A stretch of DNA of 62,649 nt, counting the filler, from Basidiobolus ranarum (lineage: Eukaryota): NCBI GenBank assembly GCA_040143965.1. It is 5 parts of 5 records of this genome, joined end to end, with 100 filler letters (N's around TTAATTAATTAA, not from the genome) between each part and the next. Parts side by side here need not be neighbours in the genome. Positions count along the whole stretch, not along the records: positions 1 to 12,474 come from JASJQH010000541.1; 4 more parts are not named here. One strand, given 5' to 3'. How positions within the stretch are numbered: the stretch's first letter is position 1; the number at the start of each line of letters is the position of its first letter. The notes below the pieces were generated by a model, which saw nothing but the letters and a program-made list of their open reading frames with translations, had not been told where the DNA came from and did no database searches. Shown here piece by piece: positions 1 to 12,574 of the stretch. Both the position numbers and the translations under genes were made by a program.

Positions 1-233
<233 letters not shown>

Positions 234-1549
234 TTACTCGGATTAGTAAAGCACCAAAGATCTTCTAATGACCAGTATCTTTACAAATGACACCATATCT
301 TAGCGATATTTGATATTATTTCGAATATTGCGTGCTTAATTTTAAGAACAAATTGATATAAAAATGATTGTCCCTCACTACTACCGTATTAGTAAGGAAA
401 AGAAAAATTGATTGGTTCATAGTCATCTTGCGCAATTTGATCATTGTATCCTCTCATATTTCGACATGAGTTGCTCTCCTTGTCAGCGCCTAAAGGGATA
501 ATGGTCGTTGTCAATAAGCACAGAAGATATGGTTATAGTACTCGAGTACTCACATAGCCGCGCTATCCTCAGGTAGAGTTACCAACTATGGCAGCTATAT
601 ATAGTGGAATATAAATCTTTCACTCCTCAACTCCGTACGGAAAAGCAAGTAATATTGTAGAACGCAAGAACGGCAAAATGACGAGCTTTTACTAAATAGT
701 AGAAACCGGAAAAAAGGTCACCCCTAGTGTAACTCGGCTTGATACTTCCTTTCACCCAAAGTTTAATCAAGTAAACTTCACCGACTATTCATCATACCTT
801 TACGATACCAGTGGTGCATCGATTGGCTAGGGTCCATATGAATACTACATTTTATTGAGTTGAGATGAATATTATTGATTACCAATGTTTACTCATTGCA
901 AGTCCAAGCCCCGTGCCGGCTGAGTCATGTGATCGATTTTATATTTATTTCTTTCCAATAACAGATTGTCAAACATTCGCTCTACACCAGAAATATGCAA
1001 TTAACCAAGATGCTCATGAAATAGGATGATTTTTCTCGGGATGAGAAGGAGTTATAAATCTAGATTCTATGAAATTTGTACCAATTTCCTTCATTTGGTA
1101 GTCTTTTAGAAAGTAAACAAGAAAAATGATTTTGCGAACATTTCTAGACTTTAATCAATGAATGAACAGGATTACAGTATGATAAATCCTTGCTTGGTTT
1201 TGATGAAAATAATCACCCCCCTCCCCTCTGTCAATGATGATATCTAAGTTGGAAATAGAAACAGTGATTTTTATGGAGATAATTTCAATTGGAACTAAGT
1301 TGAATTTGCTGAGTAAAATAAAAATAATAATAGAAAAGCAAGCAAGTGGAGGTTTCCTTTCCATAGCCGAAGTGATGTCGGCGGAAGTATTGAGAATATG
1401 AAAGTTTACTATACAGAAAAAGTCCCCTCCGTCTCCTCCAATTACTGTGAAATAACGTTGGTTTGGAAAGAGGTGGACATACAGTAACAGATATAATGAA
1501 CGGATAAAAGAGATCGGAAGGTGCACTAAGGTATATTCGTGTTATCGAA

Positions 1550-4105
1550 TTACGAGCGCGACTTCCCTTTGGCTTCATTCCTATCACCAGTGCCCCACCT
1601 ACATAGACATCTATTAGTAATGCAAAAATAGTTGCTAAAAATCCCCTACTTACAGTCTAATTGTGTGATCATCACTAGCGGACACAAACATGTATGGATT
1701 GACAGGGTTCCAGTGTACACAGTTGACTGTTGCTGAGTGACCAACCAGTGTTTCGATTAGAGCACCGTGATCCCTATGCCAAACATAAATACTTCCATCT
1801 AAATAGAGAACAATAGTCGGGTTACCAATTATTCAACATACGAAATCAACCGTTTAAACTGACCTTCGCTTCCACTCGCAATGAATGTCTGACCATGCCC
1901 ACCCATACATGATCTGATTATGAAGCGACCTTGTTTAAATCCAACAAATTGCCGGACCAACTTTTTCTCTAAGATATCCCAAAGATGGATCTCCTGAATG
2001 GTTCCCAGATTAACAATAGCGTATCTTCCGTCATCAGATAGTCTTATAGTAGACATATCTCCATCTTCAAGAATGTGACTGGAAAGTAGAAATTCTGTGA
2101 GTTTCTTGGATAGACTGAATATCATTTCTAGAGCTTACTATAATTCGGTTTTACTCTCCATATCATAGACATGGATTTTCTTTTCGTGACAGATGGTGAC
2201 CATTCGTGATCCATCTTTGCTGATGGCCAAGCCATTAATTCTATCTCCAATCCATTTATGCAATATGCGACCATGAATATCCTAGAGAAAAGAAACCTGC
2301 GATGAGTGCACAAGAACATACACCATCACTAAAACCCTAGTTTACCCAAAGAAATAGATTCTTATCGCAGCTACCAGTGACGAAATGCTCGTTGTCTGGT
2401 AACCATCCACAAGCGGCAACATCGGTGTGGTCTCCAAATGAACGTATGCACTTACCAATCTATATAATAAGTGTTAGAATACATCAAGTCCCAAATTCCA
2501 ACTCACTTGGCGTTACCTTGGTATTCCATAGAGTTACTTCGCCGTCATTGTAGCAAGCTATCAGCATGGTATCATCAGGTGACCAAGCTAGATAGCACAC
2601 GGAGTCATCGTGGCCCGATAGGATATGAACCACACTTTTTTTCTAGTCAGGGATAACCGATTGATATTTGTTGGACAAGGGCAGAAAAATAACTACAATA
2701 AAACTACCTCTACACTCCAGATAATGGTGGTTTTGTCTTTGGATGCTGATGCGATGTATTTCCCATCATGTGAGAATGTTACGTACCAGACTTCATCGTG
2801 ATGCCCCTCAAAGACGTGTTTAGTAACACCGGGGAACTGAGTTCTAATCCAAATGGGTCAGTATTTTCCTATACAACAGTCCATTCGATGAATTACCTAT
2901 CACACATGTGATCCGCATAGAGTGTTACGAAGTTATCGCCAGAGTCATGATAGAGGCAGTTGGAACGTTGATAGGCCACTGCCTGATCAAACAACGATTT
3001 TAAGCGATGGCTTGGGATCATGATTGAAGAGGAAACGTAGTCTATGCGAAAGAGAAGGTCAGATATATTGTATTGAGACTGATCAAAAATACTGGGAAAT
3101 CCACCAACTTTGTAGTTGAACTAACAACTGCTCTCTGGATTCACGATTAGCACCGGACCAATCTGCTTGCTTTCTCAAATCATCAACATCCGTGCACATC
3201 AATAAGCTTGATAGCTTGTGCAGCTTTTCGGTGTCATAGCTTAACGGAGCCAATTCATTTCTCAACACAGTCAATGCCTGTGTGATGCTTCTGGACTCCA
3301 GCAACTCCAGGAATTTTTGTTGTTTCACCAGAAATTGCACCTTCTGAGCATCTTTCTTTTGATCAAGCTCTAATACTGGTATTAAATTTTCTACCAACAC
3401 CCAATCTCCCTCCAACACTCCTTTACGGAATTGGGTTACCTTCGGGTGTTCTAAATTAAATCCAGACTCTTCTTCTAGCAATTCCGCAGTTTGACTAAGG
3501 AGATGAACAGGCTTAGTAATGGTTCATGAAATCGAGCATGCAAAGATACATCTCATTAGCAGCAAAGTAGGAACTAACCCATATCCCAAATCTTGGAGTG
3601 CTTGTATAGCTATTCTTACGATTTCTTCTTTTTTATACTTTCCATCTTCTGTAGTGTCGCTATTATTACTATTATCATGATTGCTAATATTATTTGAATG
3701 TCCGTTTAATCCGTTCATGCCGTTTTGTTCGGTTCTCATTTCTTTGGGGGAACCCTTAAGAATATTATTCGGTAATCTAATCCGTTTTCGAGGAGGTAGT
3801 GGGGAAAGAGTAGTTTCTTCGTTAGGGTTAATCGAACTATCGGAATTCGAAGTACCAACGTTTTCTTCAGTTAACGTATGAAATGAAGGTAAACTTGGGA
3901 CTTGATTCGTAGTATTGGTTTCTATACTGGTTACTGAGTTTTCGGGGTTCTCAGGAGGAGTAGGAGCAGCCTCGCTTGGTTCTGAAGTATTTGAATTACT
4001 TGGAGTAATACTACCACGTGTCCTCCTGTTACTCTCTTCAAGCCACGAGTCCAGTGTAAATCGAGAGTGAAAACGTTGACGCACTTGAGAAAGGTACGTC
4101 AACAA
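1550..4105 (-). CDS. GID7: WD40 protein WDR26/Gid7 (CTLH E3 ligase subunit), multi-exon; start uncertain
   Basis: LisH (EEIVRIAIQALQDLGY), CTLH (LEEESG..LEHP...FRKGVLEGDW; QQKFLELLE), WD40 repeats (GHHDEVWYVTFSHDG; FIIRSCMGG..FIASGSEDG; GHSATVNCVHWNP..SASDDHTIRLWG). Stop at 1550-1552; GT-AG introns; first in-frame ATG only at 3739. Confidence 0.88.
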
Positions 4106-5295
4106 ATAAAAGGGCGGTTTATGGGATATAAAAAAGGAGAAGGGGGCAGGCTAGTGTTTTATTTCCAGTTAAATCAAGATTGATACTCAAACTTCTGTTG
4201 GATTTTAGTTGAGAAAAAGCCCCTCTTCATCAGTAAACTTGCTTCAAATATATATATATATATTCCTACAAACCTCTAAAGCAACGTTATGTTTGGACAC
4301 CCTTTTGTCTTTCTATATCTAAAACGAACTTGGTCAGTTATTTGAATGATTTCAAATTTATAAGATCGGACTTTTAATGGAGTATTTTGTAAGGTGAAAG
4401 AAAAAAGTATTTGGGAAAAGAAAGGGAAGAGAAGATTTCTACCGAATGGTCAAGTTTAATAATTGGTAGATGGGCTTACCTTTCTACTGAAAAATAGTAT
4501 ACTTATAGCAAGATCAGTTAAAAGTTGAGAAAACAGGCAAGCAAGGAAGATTTCCCTTGAGTCAGTTAAACAAAGAAAGGGTATGTATTACTGTAGCATG
4601 TAATGCTGTTAAATTTACCACAATCTAGATAGATTGTTAACCTCGTTGTGACTTCAAAATTAAGCTATTAAATGATACGATATCTGGTTAATATTCATAA
4701 TTTATCTATTCATCGTTATTTAAGTGGCGATTTTAATCAAGTTGGATATTATTATGGCAGTGTTCTCTCAAATAAAAAATATCCAGATGTGCTCAGTTAC
4801 AACCCCCTTAAAAGTTGACATAACACGAGTATAAATAGATCGGTAGATACGTCGTAACCCAACCTGTACAAATACCGATGTTCCACTTACGTCAGCAAAG
4901 TATATTACTCAGATGAGACCACATCCAACAGCAATTGCGATAGGAAGCGATAGGAAGCCATGGGCTCTAATACTAGATTCAACTTGGTTGGTTTATGAAA
5001 CTTAATAAATGCTACGTGAAATACATGCACATTTCAAATAACTATGATGGATGCGATCGGTTATTGTGATCGTTCCCATCAAACGTAACTTGTAATAGTA
5101 TTGTCCAAAAGGGTGCTAACAACTTGCTATTAAACTTGTGTACTTTCGTGACAGATTAAGATCGAGGTGTTGGGGTCCAGGATTTACAAGAGATTCGAGA
5201 TAGATTGCGAGAAGCTGGGAGGGGGTGGTAGGAGAAGAGAGGGGAGGGTGAGATAGGGTGAATAACGGCCAGTAGTCATGTTAGAATATGCTAAA

Positions 5296-6227
5296 TTAAC
5301 AGCAACCACCGCCAGATTGGGCAGGAACAGAGCTGCCTTGGCTGATCTTGATGTTCTGCTTGTTGGCAGGTGCCATGGTGTTGGTTCCCATACGATCTTT
5401 GATTTGTTTAGCCATGGTTAAGAAAGCTTGCTCAACGTTGGTAGAGTCTTTGGCAGAGGTTTCCAAGAATGGGATATTGGTTGTGTTGGCGAATTCCTAG
5501 TAGCAAACAAGTTGTAATTAAACTGCTCTCACTCTATGTTTAATAAAATGACATACCTCAGCGGCTGTGTAATCAACTACTTTCTTTGAAGTCAAGTCAC
5601 TCTTATTACCAACAAGAAGCTTGTTGACTCCTTCGGAGGCATAACGATCAATTTCTTGTAACCACTGCTTTACATTAGTGAAAGTGTCTTGATCAGTCAC
5701 ATCGTACACAACAATAATTCCATGGGCTCCACGATAATAGGAGGAGGTGATGGTACGGAAACGCTCTTGCCCGGCTGTGTCCCACTAAAAGATGACTTTG
5801 CATTAGTTCGATTCATATATAGCTAGAGACAAATGAGCTTACAATTTGAAGCTTGATGGTTTTGCCCTCCAATTCAATAGTACGGATTTTCTATTAAATA
5901 CAAAAAGGCATATTTTGTTAATGGCTGTCATATAATTGAGCATAGATATACTTATTGGATTTAGAATTATACGCTACTTACGAAATCAACACCAATAGTA
6001 CTTATGTAACTTTCCGTGTAAGTGTCATCAGCAAAACGAAGCAAAAGACAGGATTTACCGACACCGGAGTCACCGATAAGTAAAAGTTTAAACAAGTAAT
6101 CGCTAATGAAAACAGTCCATAAGTCTCTCAATTATATTGTGGCAGTAAAAATGATAGAAGCGCAAATACACGACAACAAAACCCAGTGTGGATGAAAGGA
6201 AAGCTTTACTTACTATTCAGGGTTCAT
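5296..6227 (-). CDS. YPT1: Rab1/Ypt1 small GTPase, multi-exon
   Basis: [78 protein letters not shown]-terminal GGGCC prenylation motif. Confidence 0.96.
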
Positions 6228-7029
6228 TCTTAAAAGGACTAAAGGAGATGAGCACTAAACGAACAAGCAATAAGGGAGTTATATTATGAACAAAATATAA
6301 GTCGGGGGTATATTATTATAAAGGGAGGGGTAATACTCAATTAAAGATGAGGATTAGCTCACCCAGTAAACAAGATAATTTAGCATGTACGTCGTTGAAT
6401 TTCGATAATAAATTGAGCAAACAATCCCAATTATCTTTCAATCACTAGTAGTATCTCTAGATCTAAATTGGCCGCATGCTCGCTAACATGTGTTGTGTAA
6501 TGAATCAGTAACCAATAAAACATGTATGAAATTTCAAGGAGCTAGGCTAGCAATATGCTCCTGAACTGGGTATGGGTACTATGATGATGTTGCTCCGAAG
6601 TAAATAAATAAATGGTAACTGATAACGACCACCATAGTTTAATCCATTCTTCGGAATTTATTGATGATTAGCATTTTCTTCAGAATCTATTAATGAAGAT
6701 CATTCTCTTCAGAACGTACTTGCCTTACCAAGTAGTATGATCAGCTAGGTTTACCGCCAATTATACAACAGTGGAATAAGAACCAAGTTATGACAGTGAG
6801 GTCAAGGTACCACAGATTCTAGGCTGTAACTTGCCAGGAAACATGTGATAAGCCGAGAAATGGGCTAGTAATGGTTTGCCCAATAAAATTGCTGACATTT
6901 TTGGCGATTTTTAGACTATCGCAGTCAAAATACACTTAAAAATAACCACTATCGTTTTGAACGAAACTCCATTAGACTTGCAATATAGACAAAAGCAAAC
7001 GTGAGGAATTCACTAAAGCTTTGGAAATA

Positions 7030-9396
7030 ATGGATCGGAAAAGCTTCAGCTCATTACCTACTGAGCATTTTATAATCATTGCTTCTGTCTTCTACGTACT
7101 TTGCAAAGCATATCAGTATTTAACAATAGACACAACTGTATTATGTATTGGTTAGTATCTACAAGCCTAATTTTGCAACATTATATTCAATTAACACTCA
7201 ACCCTATGATTGATAGCTTTAGGCTTACTCTCAATATTATCCTGGTCCGTAACTCAGATGTCTGAGTTAGGCCACATTAAGCTATGGAGAACTCAGAGCA
7301 CATGGTATCGGTCAGTAACATTCTAGATACAGATATGAAAGGGATTTTGAAATTGATTCTCTACCTCAGCCCGCGAGCAGACGAAGGTTTCCTATACGGC
7401 TGCTTATTTGTACCTTTTGTATTGTTAGCAAAAATATTAGACCTACAATCCACGGGACATCGTTCGGATGTCTTTTTAGGTATATTTCCTTTCATTGTCC
7501 TTCGTTATGTTTTGAAGGTCTTAATATCTTCCTAATTCAGAATATTACCTCTCTCTCTTGGAATTGAGCGTTGTTTTTGGCTATTCAGTGCTAATGCACA
7601 GCATAACTGGGTTTATCCACCAAAAGAATCTTGGTTTTGGGGTTCTATTTTCCGGTCTATTAGCTATTGCGTTCTTGGCTAAAGAGATATTCCCTCATTT
7701 AGGAGGTATTGGCTTTTCTTATTATATTGGTGTAAATATCTTGGGGATTGGACTAAAACCATTTTAGCATTTTCTGCTATGCATGTTTTTATTTCTGTAT
7801 GTGTCTATCAAATTTCAATGTATTTGATCACTGGCGTTTTGCGTAGGAGTTTCACTTTCGGAGAAATGGCAGTAGTTTCCCAAGGAATTACTTTAGTATT
7901 TTTGGATGCCTTGGCTATTGCCATAAAAAAGGTAAATTCTTTTTCTTCATATTGGCCAGAACCTTAGTCCGTTATATTTACCTGACATTGACGTTTAAAG
8001 CTCGACCTCGGATATCTGCCTGAATTTGTGAGTTCTGAACAGGATCCATTTTACTCGTGGCTACAGGGTCTTTTACTGGGAATGGCTTTTCTAGGCTTAA
8101 CCCTATCTCCCAGTTTATTCATTTTGAGAAAGAATAGCAATATACCTGAAAACGAAACCAGAGATTGGCAAGTTTTGATAAGTTCAGTCGTTTTTTATTT
8201 CGGGACTGTAGCAGTGGTGCTAGCGGTAATCCTCCCTTGGATTTCTCTAGTACTAGGCCAGAATGCGATATATTGGTATAGTTAGACACATTCGAATATT
8301 CATATCTGAATGACAAACTCAACTCTTTATACTATTAGGGTTCTTTCATTTATTTTCTCCAAGTGGGGTCATCTGGGACTTTGCCTTTACTGGGTTTCCA
8401 TCCTAGGAATAGCCGTGGCGTTTATCGCTCAATTCACCTACAGTGTCACTACTTCGGCTGGTCTAAATTTAAAGCGAAAATATTTCCATGGATTGGCCGT
8501 CCTTATGTTTGCACCAGGCTACTTGTATGAGGTAAATGCAACCTTGAGAGAACATTTTTATTTCCACGTTAACTTACGATCATTTACTCTTAAGAAAACG
8601 TTCATGCACTTGGCTTTCACTGTGGCTCTGTGTGCGATTATTTATGTTGAATATTTGAGATCCTTTACAATACCACCTTTTGGTAGAACGCTGCATAGTT
8701 TCTTAGTCACCTTCTTGGATCATCGTGATTCAGGACCAGTGATCTTGTCACACATGTACTTGCTGCTAGGATGTGCTACTCCGATATGGTTGAATGGGTA
8801 ACTATCAGAAGGAATATCTAGATAAAAGATATACTGATTTGATGTTCTGAATGTATATTGTAGGCGTTTTGCCATTGCGAATCTTTCTGGTGTTTTTACC
8901 TTGGGCCTAGGCGATGCTATGGTAAGTAATCCGTTGGTGTCTAAAGACAGACAATGTAACATATAATGTACCTATGTACTTAACTGCATACTGTAGGCCT
9001 CTATAGTCGGGAAGCGTTTTGGTAAAACCCGCTGGCCAGGGACATCAAAGACTATCGAAGGGACTGTGGCCTTCATCTTGTCCATGATGGCTGGCTCATT
9101 TGTGGTGGGATTGTTAAGTGAGTCTGCTGCTCTGTCACAGTGGGAGGTGAGTTACAGATGTAATTTCTCGGTAAAAATGTAAAGAATCTAATCAGCCATT
9201 CTTGAATTTAGCTGTGGAGATACTTTACCGTTGTTTGTGTGACTGGTAAGGATTCAAGCGTAACTAGAATCTATACACATACTGACATCTAGTTATTTGA
9301 CTATTAGGCTTACTAGAGGCAGTTTCGTTACAAAATGATAACCTCATCATCCCGTTATATACATTTGCATTAATTTCGACTCGATTGATCTCATAA
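7030..9396 (+). CDS. SEC59: Dolichol kinase, about 12 exons
   Basis: [77 protein letters not shown] and QNDNLIIP motifs across GT-AG exons. Confidence 0.9.
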
Positions 9397-9755
9397 GCCA
9401 TGCTCCCTGTATTCTATTTCTCATTTTTGAACCACTCGTAACTTTACCAAGCAGTGATGTCCACAATTATTACCGGTGATGGCGTCCAGATTGTCCTACT
9501 AAAGTACTTTTATCTTACATAAAAAATCTTGCGACTTATCCCCAACTACTCGAGCATACAAGATATGTAATCATCAGTTCCATTGTCGGTGATTTCTAGT
9601 AGATTATTTGATAAACTAATTATATATAATAATAATATTGATCCCAATAGTTGAGTTATTGCATGAGTACACAACCTTCTATATATTCCAAATTTAACCG
9701 AAATTGATCTGGAGTATTTAGACTCAACAAATCCCCTCGTTTACATACACTTTCA

Positions 9756-9986
9756 ATGCCTTCGACCAACATGACTGAAAGTGAATTTACACCAGAAAAG
9801 TACCCTGGTCTCATTGAAACCGACGAAACTGGCAAAAAATATGTTATCTATGGAGAAGGTAAAATTCCAATATTTAGAACAGTAGACGAGTGTATAACTG
9901 GTACTCCAGGATTCTCTGAGTGCGACCAAGGTGGCCCATACTTAAAGAATGCCTTAGAGGAGGAAAAAAAGCGTCGAGAGCTTTAA
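9756..9986 (+). CDS. Small hypothetical protein (76 aa), single exon
   Basis: Clean ATG-TAA ORF with natural soluble-protein composition; TATA-like TATATA about 75 bp upstream; pyrimidine-rich 3' flank. No family recognised. Confidence 0.55.
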   Translation: MPSTNMTESEFTPEKYPGLIETDETGKKYVIYGEGKIPIFRTVDECITGTPGFSECDQGGPYLKNALEEEKKRREL

Positions 9987-10564
9987 TGGTCTTCTGGCCG
10001 GCCCAAAGTTACCAACCAGAATATATGCTTCTCCTCTTCCAAACGTTCATTTTCACCCCACTTCAAAGGATATATACTCTTTTAAATATTATTGCCTTCC
10101 TTGTAAATCCTAACGAGAATGTTCCTTCTTTTCCCTCGATAATCTCGGTGTACTTACTCTAGTATCAACTCTACGTCCTTCATTATATAAATGTACCTTT
10201 TCTTCATATTTATTTATACTTTACTATTCCCTATGGACGTTCCTTGTCTACCAAGCGTACAGTTATAGATTAAATAATAAGGATATAATATATATAAGAT
10301 TCCAATAAAATCGAATCTCGAAACAAATTATTGGTTAAATCTATATGTATTGTAGCTATATAAAATACCCATTATTACATTGTGAAAGCTAAGGAAGTAG
10401 ACCTCAGTTTAATACCAACTGAACAAAGTTCTACTATTGCAGTCACTGTACACTAGTTGTTAGTTTGACATGTGGCCTATTCTGAAATCACGTGAAAATA
10501 ATGGTTGAGAGCTGGGAAACTTGGGACTATTTTGTCTACTCATATTGTTCGTGCTGATCTCAGC

Positions 10565-10935
10565 AGCTACTTCTGACAAGAGTACACATCATATCTTCTA
10601 CTATAGTCTCTTTCGTGGCGACAATAGCTTCGTTAGTGTCTCTGTAATAGCTCCTGCTGTCTCGGGTGTAACAATAGAGTTTACTATGGATTCCCCATCA
10701 GCTGCGATATCGGAAGTATTATCAGGATTGGCCGTATCCTTAGTGTCGGGTCTGTCAATATTAGGTTCATCAGTGAGTTGAATATCAGATACCTTCTCGC
10801 CACCATTCAACTCTTCAGATCCTAGATAGACACTTGATTGGCTTACACCTATGTAAGAAGTTGTTCTCTGTGGCGTTAGAAAGCCTGAGTACGAGTTCTT
10901 AATGAAAAGACACTTTCTATATGAATTTCACATCA
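10565..10935 (-). pseudogene. Decayed paralog of the neighbouring secreted Arg/Tyr-rich precursor
   Basis: Minus-strand pieces in changing frames match 11128..11499: VSQSSVSRI ~ VASASVSGI; KDTANPDNTSDIAADGESIVNSIVTPE ~ KDTTTPDDTSNITPDEESEADPNATPE; QEL..H*RSYCRHERDYSRRYDVY ~ TELRR...RYDRYRRFDPY. Stops and frameshifts; no intact signal peptide. Boundaries approximate. Confidence 0.6.
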
Positions 10936-11127
10936 TAGCTACTCTTAAGGTGAAATATTGAGACAAAAACTATTTCTGTGGCCAATAAGATTAACATGTA
11001 GCCATAGCTACATTACAGCTTTATTGAGGAAGCACTATTACGCTAAGGTATAACATGCTACCAATAGCTGAAGCACTGAAATAGGTCTTGGGAAAAATAG
11101 TTCTGTAAACACGAGTACCTACATAGA

Positions 11128-11499
11128 TTAGTACCAGTAGTAGGGTCTGCCATACATTCCATAGTATCCGTAGGGGTCGAATCTTCTGTAACGGTCATAG
11201 CGATATCTCCGATACCTGCCGAATCTACCGAATCTACCAAATCTACGCAATTCTGTCTCTTCGGGAGTGGCATTGGGGTCAGCCTCGGACTCCTCATCAG
11301 GTGTAATGTTGGAAGTATCATCAGGAGTGGTAGTGTCCTTGATGCCATGGCCAAAGTCAAGGAGAGGGTTAAAGCCTATGCCTGACACTGAAGCACTAGC
11401 CACGCTATCGCCAGAGCCATGTTGGGCAAATCGCAAGTGGTTGCCATAGGCCAGAGTGGCCATTAAGAGTGCACAGGTAATAGAGATTCGGGGAAGCAT
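11128..11499 (-). CDS. Secreted precursor: signal peptide, acidic propiece, RR site, Arg/Tyr/Gly-rich cationic C-terminus
   Basis: MLPRISITCALLMATLAYG signal-like start; D/E/T/P-rich middle; ELRR then FGRFGRFGRYRRYRYDRYRRFDPYGYYGMYGRPYYWY; TATAAAA on minus strand near 11580. Confidence 0.75.
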   Translation of the reverse strand: MLPRISITCALLMATLAYGNHLRFAQHGSGDSVASASVSGIGFNPLLDFGHGIKDTTTPDDTSNITPDEESEADPNATPEETELRRFGRFGRFGRYRRYRYDRYRRFDPYGYYGMYGRPYYWY

Positions 11500-12474
11500 T
11501 TTTTGTTAGTTACTCAGGACTTCTTACTGGGGTTTTGGAACGCTTGTGTTTGGTCTCTCAGTGGGTAAGTGATTTTCTTTTATATGTGATTGCATTCTCA
11601 TGGTTGCAGCCTAATTAACGAAATGTTTGTGGCGACTTGGCTTTAGTCGATACTGGTTCAATCGGAGTTACTTTTGCTGAACCCTAATATAAACACCTTG
11701 TCTCTCGCAAATGGCAACCAATTCTATTAGCACTATTCATGTGATCCTTTAATACGGCCAACTAGTCATAGTAATACCTTTCTACCTATTCCAGGTAAAA
11801 GCTAGTTGGTGGGACATTATCAAATATCTGGATAAAATCTCATTACGCATGAAGCTATTCATTCAGAATCCAAAATGCACATATTATGAGCATGAGATAG
11901 GGATTATATGTAGAAGACTTTAGGTATTCACTACAATATGTCAAATAACGAGAAGGGTTTGCAATATATTGGATGTTTCAATAGATTAAATCCCATTGGT
12001 GAAATCTGCTTATCACAAACGATTTTTGATATTAACAAATCAGTGGAATATTTGTAATTATACGATATAATCAAAATACTGAGTTGTAACATTGCTAGAA
12101 GCAGTCAAATTTGCCAACATTGAAACGCATAATCTGATATTGAAACACATAGAAGAAATACTGCAGATATGGTGATTTTTAGCATGCCGCTAGATTGTTC
12201 TTTTCATAAGTTTTTAGTAAAGATTTCATGAGTGAAAGTTAACTTTCTAAACACCTATATTAAATAATTGATATACTACAACATTGCTATAGCTCGATAC
12301 TAGTTTTATTGAGGGAATACTGTCGCTGCTGCGATAGTACACGAAATCAACAATGGAAGAACCTAAATGTATGTAGAATATTGCTCATATGTGGCTATTG
12401 TTAACTACAGCGATTAGTAACGATCCTAGTACAATCTGCCATATCTTCTACCAGAGCCGTATCTTCTGTAGCGG

Positions 12475-12574
12475 NNNNNNNNNNNNNNNNNNNNNNNNNN
12501 NNNNNNNNNNNNNNNNNNTTAATTAATTAANNNNNNNNNNNNNNNNNNNNNNNNNNNNNNNNNNNNNNNNNNNN
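12475..12574. other. Artificial contig spacer (N44-TTAATTAATTAA-N44)
   Basis: 100-nt N run with a six-frame-stop linker; identical spacer occurs four times. Confidence 0.98.

Noticed and set aside
1155-1587. ORFs 1155..1526 and 1285..1587
   Set aside because: They lie in or overlap the 3' end and UTR of WDR26/Gid7; the composition is not protein-like.
12519-12530. Palindromic TTAATTAATTAA inside N runs (four times)
   Set aside because: Synthetic six-frame-stop linker used to concatenate contigs; not biological.
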